Shown piece by piece: positions 12,401 through 21,399 of a stretch of DNA of 64,000 bases. This DNA comes from Orbicella franksi (lineage: Eukaryota). The DNA lies in contig OZ116701.1 in NCBI GenBank assembly GCA_964199315.1, forward strand, positions 14,942,001 to 15,006,000, read 5' to 3'. The notes beneath the pieces were generated by a model that worked only from the letters and a program-made list of their open reading frames with translations, did not search any database and was not told the DNA's origin. Position 1 is the first letter of the stretch. Every line of letters starts with the position of its first letter. The position numbers and the translations under genes were made by a program.

Positions 12401-15400
12401 AGATCTTTCAATATGGTTTTCTAGAAGGACATAATATGTGTTTACTGCAAAACAGTCATATTTTTTGCGACCGTGGGTGATGGTCAATATTCGAAAGGTC
12501 TGGAGCGAGTGTCATAATGCTGAGGAAGAATGGGGAGAGGCGCTAAAAAATACGACTGTCTGCCATGCATATGTTAAATTTGTTCAAAGTTACCCATTCT
12601 TCCAGCAACAGAAAATTCCCATTGGTTTAATACTGACACAACCTGTCATCAAATGTCACTCACACCTCATCAAAAAGATATAGACGCCATATCAGTTTCA
12701 CAGTAAAGTCAGTAATTCTCGTGGGAAAATAGATGATGTTGACTTGGATGCGCTTCCGAGCGATTTAGCAGGGGTCCACTGGTAAAAATTATCATTTTAC
12801 TTTCAGTGTGAATGGCTAGCTCACCAAACACATTGGCAATATTCCTTGAAATTCATAACTGAAGACGGGAACGTTGGGTTTCTCAACAGCCATTCGCATG
12901 CATGAATGACCCCAAAAGCAAGCAAATAAACATGCAAACAAATTATTTCTACACGTATTTGTCTTGGGGCAATGGACTGAACAAGACTTAAACGTCCAAT
13001 AAACCTTATAATTTTGTAAGGTAATAAGTTATAAGTTTTATAGGATTAAGCATTGTTCAGTCCGTAGCCCCAAGAAAAACAGGAAAAATTCACGCAGAAA
13101 TAATTTGTTTGTGTGTAGATTTCAATAGCAATTTCAATAGCCTGTTCCAGGCTCTCGGTCAGTGGGGACAATCGAAAAAGCAGGCGCAGGATGAGTCGGG
13201 TCTGGTAAAAAAAAGGAGAGGTTGTGAGAAGGAAAGCCTTTTAGCATTGTTTTAAAAACTTCCAGTATACCAGCTACAGTATACCCTCTGATTGGTTAAT
13301 TTTGACACTTTATATCAACACCTTGTCTTTTTGTCTAACGCCAAGTGACGTTGAGCATGGCGAGTGCATTATGCATGTGTGATTTTGAGGACTCTCAATT
13401 TACTCAGATTGTGGAGAGTTGTGTTAAGGATTACCCAAACGTAAAAGTGCTCAGAATGGAGCAAAGTTGCAAAATTGCAAAATTGCCTGAACTAAGCTGA
13501 ACAATGGCATATACAACACGCAAAACAGTCAACAGACTTGCGCGTAAACAGCTACATTTGAATCATGTGGTACCAGAACGACCAAAGGAGGAATGAACCT
13601 ATACATTGAGCAAGAGAAACATAAGCCCCATCAGATCGCTGCAAGAAACATAAGAATGTCTCTAGACAAACGTATAGCTTTCTCAAAGTAAAGCTACGGC
13701 ATCTCCAAAGAAAAATGTATGAAGGCAAATACATGTATGTTATCCGTGATAAGAATCAACCTACTGTACTTGCAAACAGTTCTAATCATAGCTGGGCCCG
13801 CCATCGCAATACAGAATTCGAATGCAAGTAAACAAACATGTTCACAGTAAATTTCACATTATTTTTGTCCCTCGAAAGCAAATACGTGGAGACTTAAAAG
13901 CATATCTTGCAACAGAAATGAGCCTAAACAATACATAAACACATGGCAAATTACAGCGGTGAAAAACTCTACGAAGCGACATGGAGATAACAGAGGAATT
14001 CATGTAGACCTATGCCCTCTAAAAATTTGCCATAGCACGGTCTAACGGCTCAACTCTACTGTAAGTTCCTCCTTATAACACAAGATGAAATGCCCCTCAT
14101 AAACACAAGTGAAGCAACAAAAAGGTCCAGTGACCAAACAGAGAACGGCAAATGTACAAATGTCAGGAACCATAGAAGTCGTGTAGGCTAGTTAACCCCA
14201 TTTTACATTTTCCCTGTTGACATCACTTAAGGCTAACGAGCGTTGAGGACTTCTCGAAGACACTGAACTGGTAGACAAATGTTCTCAAGCTCTTTTTGCT
14301 GCTGGTGAAATTCCAGTTGGGGAGTTGGGTGAAATTTGCTTCGCTCTAGCGGTGTCCACGTTTGCTAGTGCGGTAACTTTCTTGAAAGTACTGTAAATTC
14401 TGGCCAAAGTCCTCACACAAGTCAGACAGCTAACATCAGAAAGCTTTTCGTTTTGCACAAGCTTGTACCCCAGGGAATCCACAACATCGGCTGTCACAAA
14501 AATACTCATTGCCACTGTAAGCCAGCAATTCCTTGTTTCGAATGATGTTAAAAAGCGAAACTCTAGGAACTTTCGTTCCTTGGCAAGTCACATTTTTCTT
14601 GCAAAATCTACAGCATTTCAAGGGATGAGCTTCAACATTCGAAAAGATTTTAGTCGACAAGGAAGACATAAATAACGATCGCAAGAAGATTAAAACATAC
14701 TGTGAAGTGGTGATACATGCGCGAGTAACTCAACACCGAAGACACTGACATTTTGACATTTGACATCCTTGAAGTGGTATCTTCTTAAAAGTGGGCGGAA
14801 TGAGGTTTTTAAAACAATGCTTTCAGGCTCTCCTTCCTACACCCTCTCTCTCTTTTTTTAAAGCAGACCCCGCTTGTCCTGTGCCCACTTTTTTGATTGT
14901 CCCCACTGACCGAGAGCCTGGAACAGGCTATAATTTCAAGCCCTGGGATGGCTTTTAAAATGCTATGCCTGTGTTACGCCTGCAGCCTTGTAAAAGGAAA
15001 GGGCTAAATTGGACCTTTTTTGTTTTTCTGGGGGCCATCTTTGATTGCAATGCGGGATTCCCGCAATGGCGCGGTCTGGCAGAAACACTGGTCACTGTCA
15101 AATTATGTCCATATTCCATCATAACAGCACCTTTGTGCAAGTAGTCCTTTGTTCAGCTTTTTTCTAACTTTCTCTAGAATGATACATGTATTAAACTACC
15201 TTTTTGCCCTGCAAAATTAGTCTTAAGTTTTTCAGGAGCAGCATTTAACTACCAGAGACAGTGGGAGAACGTCAGTAGGAGACAACTGTTGTTGCTCTGT
15301 TGGATGTTGAAAACTAGCTCAAGCATAGTTTTGGCACTCATATATTAAAACAGCTGCAGCAATTAAATGAATAAGGGTCAAAGAATAAGAGTGCTGTGAT

Positions 15401-18400
15401 CTGCACAAAGTTGTACCTTGCTACTCCACTGACAAATGATGCCCTTCTGTGAGGCAATGATGTAGAAGTCATACTTTGGAACATGAACAATACACTGCAC
15501 AACATCACGTCTTTTCTTGTCCCCTATCATGTATGAAGGAAAATAAAGGAAAGGAAGTTCTTGGTACACATTTTTTATAAGGTACTTACTGGTCTGTAAT
15601 TCGTGTTTTTTATGCATAAATTCACTTTAGCTATGCTTCAGCAAAGTGTCTGAAATTTGTCCGAAGTGATGTAGTTACAAACAAATGTTTTGAATACAGT
15701 GGTTTAATCTTGTTACCATAAAGAACAAATTATGATAACGAAGAAATTTAACAGCATAATTTCAAAGTATTCAGAGTAAAAGTAAATAGAGTGCTCAGCC
15801 AATAGAAGCTAGTGATTTTGCCACTCAGCTAATCATAAGTGAGAAATTTTGCTCTTGATCAGAGAACTTACATGTACATCCTCCATCTCAACAAATCAAA
15901 ATTCAGTAAATTTCCCCCTGTTGTAATTAAGATTTAGTCCATTGGACAAGTGAAAAGAACTCACAATACAGAACATCATCAAGTACATCTATTTGCCTAG
16001 GCGATTGTCTTTGGGAACCATCATATGGTATGTACCACATTATGGTAAAGTCTCCATGCAAGCCAAGTGGCTTTCAGACTAATGTTTACAGTGACTGTAT
16101 ATCTGGTTGCAATAACCAGATTCAAGAAATTAACACTACATGTATTTCTGCTCCCTCCTGGATGCGAATGGGATGCTAGACTATCACCAGGTTACTATCG
16201 GTATCAAATTCAGCTTTACCCATTAGTTTATAGGCTTGAAGAGAGAGATTCAACTTGAGAGTCACATATCTTGACAAAGAGCACAATGAATGAGCTGTAG
16301 CCAGGGTTTGAACCTAGACATCTCAATCCAATGCATCAGATCAGGGGCCTGTTTCTTGAAAGCCCTGGAAACTTTTTGGGCCCACAAAGCCACTTTTAGT
16401 TAATATGCATGTAAAAAGAGAGGGGTGCATAAGCCTGAAACTTCTTGAAACAAGGGAACCTCTGTTCATATTAAGAATATGTGCACTGAATAAAATAGCT
16501 CCGTAACCATAAGACTTGAGATTTTGCTATGCCTTTCCAGGTGTGAAAACTTTCCGAGACCTTCAAGAAAATGGACCCCAGGACACCCTCTCCATTATAT
16601 GTAATCTTCCAAGTCCTCACCTCCTGCCTCTCCTACAGATCTTCTTTTGCTTGTGGTTATAACTGACGATGTGTCTTCGTTTAACAGTAAGTCAGGGACT
16701 TCATCAGTGGAACCACCAATACCAAACAGCTAGAAGATTTGACAACAATAATAAAAGGTGTGATGAAAAAGATACAGCACAACTATAATTAACCAGGCAT
16801 GTGTAATGTTTTTTTGGTGACAAAGTTACCGTGTGAGTCAAAAAACTGTGAACACTTTGATCTGATTTTGACAGGTGAATTATGTACTGACCAACCATGA
16901 TAAAATTTAGCTCTTATGAGCAAACTGCAAACCAAATTACTGCTGCTGTTTGTGGTTTAGTTTTCTCACCCCTAATTTGCTTTTCCCTTGAGTGCAACAC
17001 AATAACATTCCATAGATATTTCTGGTTTTCATGGGTTTTCTGAGTTTCGCAGTTAAGAAAAAAGATTTTCAACTTATGGGAAAGGAATCCATCCAATTTG
17101 GCTTTAATCATATGACTGCAGCGATTAAGAAAATTAGATTTCTGTAGAGTAGGAGCCTGATTTGCTGATCACAAGTTTGATTACAGACAGAGTTATATGT
17201 ACATGATGCAAAGTCTGTAATCTTTTGGTAGCTTGATGTGAAGCAAGCCGTATCCAGTTGTTTAGCCCCCAAGTCAATAAGCCCCTAGCCTGTTAGCCCC
17301 CAACCTAAAGTCGATTAGCCCCTAAATAAAATGTCTCTTTTAAAATTAGTAAATTATTCTTCTGTCACTCTCCCAACCTGAAAAGTTTGATAGTTGAGCA
17401 GACCACTGTATGTAGTTTAAAAGCCCATTTCAGCAATACAACCTATTCCTCTATCAACATACATGCTCAGCAATAAACTTATTTACTGAGTTTAAAAGAA
17501 AATTTTGTTTTTTGAGGGCTGATTGACTTCTGGTTAGGGAATAACAGGCTAGGGGCCAACTGACTTGGAGGCTAAATGTCCTACATTCCAGGCAAGCCCA
17601 TTTGGTCACAAATAGTGTATTTAGAGTTAATAAGTATGGTAATGTACACCACAAAAAATAAAATATATATTATCTATACTTCTCACACACCACTGGCAGC
17701 CATGTCAAGCTGACAGCTGCTGCTTGACCTTTATTACAAAATCAAAGCTAATACAAATAGAATTCCACTACATATATTTGAGACTGGAAATAATGAAAAA
17801 AAGTTTAAGGCTTACTGTACATTATACTGGCATTGTGTAAAAAGTTAAAATCTTCGGGTGGGTGGACGGGAAAGTCAGCAATTGCAGATGCAACAGAATC
17901 AACAACCTGTCCCACAGATCACATGACCTATAGCCAGCGGTGTATGAGAAAAAAAAATTTGCTCATTTATTTTGTTTCACTCAGCCAGTGAAAAACTAGT
18001 TTTGTCCCATGGAAGGTCAGTTTGAAATTCCAAGGGGGTGGGGAGTCTCAAATGCCTGAATCACCACTTTAGCCAATACATTGCTGTCCTTGCTGTACTG
18101 ATTACAGATAAATCGCCTTAAATCCAACCAACACGGGTAATCATATTTAGGCCTATTCCAAACGTTGTGCTACTGTTGTGCCGAACTTAAATGAATTTGG
18201 CCCGGCAGTGGCATGACAATAGAACAGCAGTGGTTTCAATGTCAAATTTAATTCAGTTGCACCAAAGATCAGAAGAAGTTTGCTTTGCTGAAGACCATTT
18301 TAAATAATGAAAGAAATGGCAGCCAATGCAGCAGGCTATGAATTTTTCAAAGTTAGGCATGCAAGAGTACACTGTTTGAAGCCAAGTTGCACTACTGCTG

Positions 18401-19503
18401 TGCGGCACGGCAAGGCTTGCCGTGTGAAGTAGTCGTGCCGAAGTTAATTCAGCCTACCAAACTGAGTGGTTTCAAACATCGTGCTACTTGCATTTCGTTC
18501 GGCACAGCAGTAGCACAACATTTGGAATAAGCCTTACTTTGTTGTACTGTATTACGTTGAAGTCACATATATACATCTAGGAAAATGAAGTCCCACGATG
18601 CAACATTTTCTCTTTGTTGCTGAAACTTCTGACAATATTTTAATAAATTCTTGTAGTGAGGACTTGCTTTTAGCCTACATAATTCATACAGTGTAACTAA
18701 GTGAGACATAAACAGTATTGTAATTTGTGAAGGGGTCAGACAATACTGGATTTACAGTTGCCAAGTCTTTAAACAATAATATTTGGCTGTAAAAATCAGC
18801 TAGTTAATAAATTCGCATGGAACTGAAGAGAAGTTTACTCTCAGACTACAGTTGTATGTTAACGACGACAAAATAGATCAACATCAAGTCAATAGCCATT
18901 GTTTCAAGGTGTTATGGGTCTGTCAAGCAACTCAAGAGATCCGACTGTAAATGGCGCCCTGGTATGTACAGTAACACATGTAGCAATGATAAGCTTATAA
19001 GCCATCTAAGCTCATCTAAGTCACAGTCTCACCTCACTCCAGTCCACTTCAGCATCAGGATTCAAGGCTATCTTCCTAAACAAGGCCTTGAGGTCTTGAG
19101 TGCTAACGTCGTTGCCAAACAGTTTACGAATCGCTTCGCAAAAAGGCTCATAACCTACAAATTAAAACCATTGATAAGATTAGTTACGTTAGAAGCCTGA
19201 TTTTAAAAACAACATAGATCTTCGAAAACTCTCGTTCGCAGCTTCCACGTGCGTTCGACGTTCCGATTCCGCTAGCTATATTAACTCACGCTAAAAAATT
19301 AATCAGTGATATATACGATAGTACATGCTGATAATCTCAATACTCTTACCGTTTGTCAAACGAGCTTGTAAAATCTGTTGTCTCTCCTCAGGATTGAGTT
19401 CTTCGTCGACGTAAGTAAACTCTTGGATAAACTGCTCGAACAAGGCAAGTTTCATGCGAAAGCTTCCCACGGTGTAAGGCCGTGAACTCTGCCTCGAAAG
19501 CAT
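235..19503 (-). CDS. WDR64: WD repeat-containing protein 64-like (N-terminal EF-hand-like region plus WD40 repeats); 20 exons, 595 aa in window, 3' end beyond left edge
   Basis: Hand-spliced, all GT-AG, phases consistent: 19503-19350,19154-19033,16729-16621,15523-15417,11617-11588,10480-10427,8781-8725,8254-8146,7464-7353,7024-6982,6222-6125,6025-5946,5050-4997,3807-3722,3225-3184,2979-2895,2425-2337,2231-2172,1468-1345,404-235 (1785 nt). Peptides such as [58 protein letters not shown] and QVPHTHDRP run colinear with vertebrate WDR64 as I recall it; paralogues WDR49/EFCAB8 not formally excluded. Confidence 0.88.
609..919 (-). mobile_element. 5'-truncated L2/CR1-type LINE 3' end
   Basis: Minus strand encodes NIPLDIRKKDSIGSFKSSVRKYFLSKNS*, matching the WNxLP..IR...S...FK..LK C-terminal motif; then an AT-rich UTR, AATAAA and a (TTAC)n tail at 609-630. 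Confidence 0.7.
1345..1468 (-). CDS. WDR64: WDR64-like exon 19 (VWEMETGQFVYQVTDAHGPSTEITAMTVDSSGYRLATGAYN)
   Basis: gtgtag acceptor, GTTAGT donor; WD40 blade. Confidence 0.92.
2172..2231 (-). CDS. WDR64: WDR64-like exon 18 (LLYNPQMNQVISGCTEGILK)
   Basis: Poly-T then cag acceptor; GTAGAG donor. Confidence 0.9.
2337..2425 (-). CDS. WDR64: WDR64-like exon 17 ([30 protein letters not shown])
   Basis: ttgtag acceptor, GTACGA donor. Confidence 0.92.
2854..2879 (+). other. G-quadruplex-forming motif
   Basis: GGGTAGGGGGGGAGGGGAGGGTAGGG, at least four G3 runs, 16 nt from the WDR64 exon 16 donor. Confidence 0.6.
2895..2979 (-). CDS. WDR64: WDR64-like exon 16 (VFTDNEVRPGEKRISCMLFDAKHDRLIT)
   Basis: tttttag acceptor, GTATGA donor. 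Confidence 0.9.
3184..3225 (-). CDS. WDR64: WDR64-like exon 15 ([14 protein letters not shown])
   Basis: ctcag acceptor, GTATGC donor; WD motif. Confidence 0.92.
3722..3807 (-). CDS. WDR64: WDR64-like exon 14 ([29 protein letters not shown])
   Basis: ttgcag acceptor, GTGAGG donor; GH motif. Confidence 0.92.
4297..4690. mobile_element. Interspersed repeat with GC hairpin and (CGACGG)n tract; Helentron/HINE-like architecture
   Basis: GC-rich island in an AT-rich intron; hairpin GGCGGCTC-GAA-GGGTCGCC at 4312-4330; CGACGG microsatellite at about 4436-4456. Confidence 0.45.
4708..4944. mobile_element. PIF/Harbinger-type MITE
   Basis: Imperfect TIRs (GGCAGGATTGTTTGGAAGCC... / ...GAGCTCTGAACAACCCGGCC); CAG target duplication at 4705-4707 and 4945-4947. 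Confidence 0.7.
4997..5050 (-). CDS. WDR64: WDR64-like exon 13 (GADKVIRVWHPLIFTRPT)
   Basis: accag acceptor, GTAAAC donor. Confidence 0.92.
5946..6025 (-). CDS. WDR64: WDR64-like exon 12 ([26 protein letters not shown])
   Basis: tttcag acceptor, GTGAAT donor. Confidence 0.92.
6125..6222 (-). CDS. WDR64: WDR64-like exon 11 (LKYFPQLEMFGSCSPSSSCSFILGSIERVLDN)
   Basis: ttttag acceptor, GTGAAA donor. Confidence 0.9.
6982..7024 (-). CDS. WDR64: WDR64-like exon 10 (AIQGRKFHDDWVIK)
   Basis: tcatag acceptor, GTTTGG donor. Confidence 0.88.
7353..7464 (-). CDS. WDR64: WDR64-like exon 9 (GYVNMMTVSSKDLHMKNATAPGKTDSQLVTIDPSKLT)
   Basis: AAG acceptor, GTAAGT donor, phase 1/2. Confidence 0.85.
8146..8254 (-). 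CDS. WDR64: WDR64-like exon 8 (TIYQIKPMENSPQCMIYIPWKTESMNEDTILFGDDQ)
   Basis: Poly-T tract then AAG acceptor; GTACTG donor. Confidence 0.85.
8725..8781 (-). CDS. WDR64: WDR64-like exon 7 (VTSERALSLWDYRAKRKQL)
   Basis: atcag acceptor, GTTAGT donor; WD dipeptide. Confidence 0.9.
8962..9674. mobile_element. Foldback non-autonomous DNA transposon, probably IS3EU type
   Basis: About 260-bp inverted arms (8962-9219 / 9431-9674); termini TATGGCGTTTC...GAAACGCCATA; flanking 6-mers GGCATG/AGCATG (one mismatch). Confidence 0.7.
9741..9929 (+). mobile_element. SINE, 5'-truncated, V-domain-like core
   Basis: CAGTGCCTCTCCCCACCCAAGTGTACAAATAGGTACCGGC...GGTAACCTTGCAATGGACTAGC...GGGGAGTAGAAATACTC...CTTTACC; related copies at 16145-16335 and 61170-61322. 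Confidence 0.7.
9985..10240. mobile_element. Degenerate MITE/foldback
   Basis: TTTTGACAACTTTTTGACATATTTTTGACAAC is mirrored by GTTGTCAAAAAGATGTCAAAA about 200 bp away. Confidence 0.45.
10427..10480 (-). CDS. WDR64: WDR64-like exon 6 (ESSWVTGCGFLPSLRRIA)
   Basis: gtcag acceptor, GTAGGT donor. Confidence 0.9.
11588..11617 (-). CDS. WDR64: WDR64-like exon 5, 30-nt micro-exon (FRLQSCIDLN)
   Basis: ttttacag acceptor, GTGAGT donor, phase 0/0; bridges exons 4 and 6. Confidence 0.8.
12934..13113. mobile_element. Small foldback (MITE-like) element
   Basis: Arm pairs 12934-12955/13093-13113 and 12962-12984/13053-13075. Confidence 0.55.
13138..14930. mobile_element. Internally deleted AcademH-like DNA transposon
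   Basis: TIRs TAGCCTGTTCCAGGCTCTCGGTCAGTGGGGACAATC / exact reverse complement ending at 14930; 9-bp flanks CAATTTCAA/TAATTTCAA. Plus-strand stub MASALCMCDFEDSQFTQIVESCVKDYPNVKVLRMEQ (RecQ-like Q-motif start) at about 13357-13465; minus-strand frameshifted CxxC...CxxC ORF at 14285-14684. Confidence 0.75.
13584..14205. repeat. ~620-bp dispersed repeat, copy A (unclassified)
   Basis: Colinear with 21444-22048 (shared blocks include TCTCTAGACAAACGTATAGCTTTCTCAAAGTAAAGCTACGGC and GTCGTGTAGGCTAGT.AACCCCATTTTAC). Confidence 0.9.
15417..15523 (-). CDS. WDR64: WDR64-like exon 4 ([36 protein letters not shown])
   Basis: atag acceptor, GTACAA donor, phase 1/0. Confidence 0.9.
16145..16335 (-). mobile_element. 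SINE copy, reverse orientation, includes degenerate tRNA-like head (B-box-like GGTTCAAACC)
   Basis: Reverse complement matches the 9741-9929 SINE body and extends into GGTTCAAACCCTGGCTACAGCTCATTCATTGTGCTCTTTG. Confidence 0.6.
16345..16578. mobile_element. PIF/Harbinger-type MITE
   Basis: TIRs GGGCCTGTTTCTTGAAAG... / ...CTTCAAGAAAATGGACCC; CAG duplication at 16342-16344 and 16579-16581. Confidence 0.7.
16621..16729 (-). CDS. WDR64: WDR64-like exon 3 (LFGIGGSTDEVPDLLLNEDTSSVITTSKRRSVGEAG)
   Basis: ttctag acceptor, GTGAGG donor, phase 0/1. Confidence 0.85.
17261..17576. mobile_element. Degenerate MITE with TTAGCCCC subrepeats
   Basis: TTTAGCCCCCAAGTCAATAAGCCCCTAGCCTGTTA is mirrored by TAACAGGCTAGGGGCCAACTGACTTGGAGGCTAAA. 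Confidence 0.6.
18150..18533. mobile_element. PIF/Harbinger-type MITE
   Basis: ~36-bp TIRs GGCCTATTCCAAACGTTGTGCTACTGTTGTGCCGAA / TTCGGCACAGCAGTAGCACAACATTTGGAATAAGCC; TTA duplication at 18147-18149 and 18534-18536. Confidence 0.8.
19033..19154 (-). CDS. WDR64: WDR64-like exon 2 (GYEPFCEAIRKLFGNDVSTQDLKALFRKIALNPDAEVDWSE)
   Basis: ttgtag acceptor, GTGAGA donor; EF-hand-like N-terminal region. Confidence 0.9.
19350..19503 (-). CDS. WDR64: WDR64-like exon 1 (MLSRQSSRPYTVGSFRMKLALFEQF...RLTN)
   Basis: ATG at 19503 (alternative ATG at 19455); donor G|GTAAGA, phase 1. Confidence 0.75.
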
Positions 19504-19629
19504 CTCGTCGAGGTGAAATGTTCAGCTGTCCTTCCCGTTTGGTATTATTGCGGAACAAAACAACATGGTTTCGTTCCTTTTGTGTTCAATATTTTAGCAC
19601 CAAGGCACAAACCGCAGTTCAAAGGATTG

Positions 19630-19643
19630 ATTACCACAGCAAC
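19630..19643. promoter_or_regulatory. RFX X-box-like element upstream of WDR64
   Basis: ATTACCACAGCAAC, one mismatch to GTNRCC(N0-3)RGYAAC, about 130 bp upstream of the ATG in a CpG-rich promoter. Confidence 0.5.
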
Positions 19644-20445
19644 ACGGTAAATGACAAACAACCAATTAAAATTATTCTTTTGTTAGGAACGCACCAGAAT
19701 AGCCAATCAGAGAGCCGTTTATTAAAAGTGTTTTTCGGCGGGAAAGAAAAGACGTCTGACAACAAAGGTGTGAAATGATTTCGGCAAGTGAGAACTGTGA
19801 ATATTCTCTATTGTTTTGGTTGCTTTTTCGTCACAAAGTGCGTCAAAAAGGCTTCTCGAGACGTTGTAGGAGCCAAAGAGTCTTTCTGGTAATTATTATT
19901 ATCTACTGTATTTTTTGTGTGATATTACCCGGGTATTTACACTTTACTGTTGTGGAAACCTTCCTTCAACAACGGCAATGGGGCCGTTGGCAACTGTTCA
20001 AGGTTAAATTATAACTTGAAAATAGCAGGGGATAACAATACAACATAGCTCATACGAACGTTTACTTGGTTTTCCTGTCTCACTTTATATTGATGAAAGG
20101 GTAAACGGGAACTGTCTTGATTGTTGGAGTAGGGGCCAGAATGAATTTAGGGACCGTTCATTTTTTATAAGGTAGGGGGGCTGGTGGGATTTGGGGGGGG
20201 GGGGCCATGCGAAAAAAATGGCTTTCGAGGGGGGGCCATCCCAAAAAAATAAGGGAAAAAGGGGGGGTCACGTGAAATATTTTAGTAAAACTTTAAAATG
20301 GCATGATGTTTGAATATCAAAAAAATTGCTATAGAATAAACATAGAAGGCAGGATACAAATTTATTATAAACTTTCCATTTGCTTTAAAAAAACGTTTGG
20401 CGACAAAAAGCATTTGTAGCTACTGAAAAGAAGTATTTAACACTG

Positions 20446-21278
20446 TTATTTTCGAATGCAACTTTCACTGGCAGTCATCTTCATGCTGCAAGAAGCAGCA
20501 ATGCTTTCCGTCAGAGTGTACTCTTCAGGGTACATGAAGGTGTAAACATAATCTCTGACTTCCTGCTCAAGGTTGGTGGTGATTCTGCTTCTTGCAGCAT
20601 TGGTGAAATAATTCCCTTCCAAGAGCTGTGCGATGTATGGCCCATCTCTTCTAAATAACGACGTGGCAACATGCTCAACTTCAATACACTCTTCCGGGAC
20701 GGCCGTTCTAGGAGGGTACATAAGGCATTGTGGAAGATCATTTCCTAGTGGGTTTCCAACACAGATTCCATAAACTCGTTGGACGTTGTTTTCAGTCCGC
20801 TTCCTCTTTCTTTCATTTGACTTTATGCGGTTTTCTTTTTTCCTTCTCCTTTTGTTGATGTGCTGTTTGAGTATGCCCTTGAATATGCTGTTATAATTGC
20901 TCTTCTTATTTTCTAGTGCTTCCATGTCCTGCGTGACCTTCGTCAACTTAGCTTCTATAAATTTGATCTGTTTTACATTAAAACTGTGGGCAAATTCTTC
21001 GCCCTGCTTTAAAGCAAGCCCATTGGACTGAAAGAGTGTGGAATCGTGGCATTCAACTTTTCCACCATTGCTCTGTGTTCTTTGATGGAGAAGTTCAGTT
21101 TTCTTCCATCACTGGGCTTCAACTGGTACCCTGGCATGGAAAACTCACTCGCCCTTTCTGAACAGCCATCCGCACTTAGAAAGATTGCTTCTTTTGCTTG
21201 TAAGATGTCGAACTGCCTGGATCGTTCAGCTGTAAACCTTTTCTTAAACGACTCGTCGCTTTCGCCATTATTGCGCAT
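20446..21278 (-). pseudogene. Frameshifted ORF (~270 aa) inside the Zator-like element; function unknown
   Basis: ORF 21278-21009 continues after a frameshift near 21020 into ...KQGEEFAHSFNVKQIKFIEAKLTKVTQDMEALENKK...KRRRKKENRIKSNERKRKR (coiled coil and NLS-like); ends about 150 bp before the left subterminal block. Confidence 0.55.
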
Positions 21279-21399
21279 TTTGGAATGAGCCTATTTCATG
21301 ATTATTATGGACGTGCCCCGTTCTACATCGTGCAAGACATAGCAGCACTCAACTAACTCAAGGAGCTTAAAGCAAAAATACGCACTCAACGTATAGCAT

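Noticed and set aside
16290-16335. tRNA gene (B-box-like GGTTCAAACC on the minus strand)
   Set aside because: It is a degenerate SINE head with no cloverleaf.
19482-19778. Plus-strand ORF resembling a mitochondrial presequence (MFSCPSRLVLLRNKTTWFRSF...)
   Set aside because: It starts within about 15 bp of the WDR64 ATG on the opposite strand, inside the promoter/5' UTR, and has no supported downstream exons.
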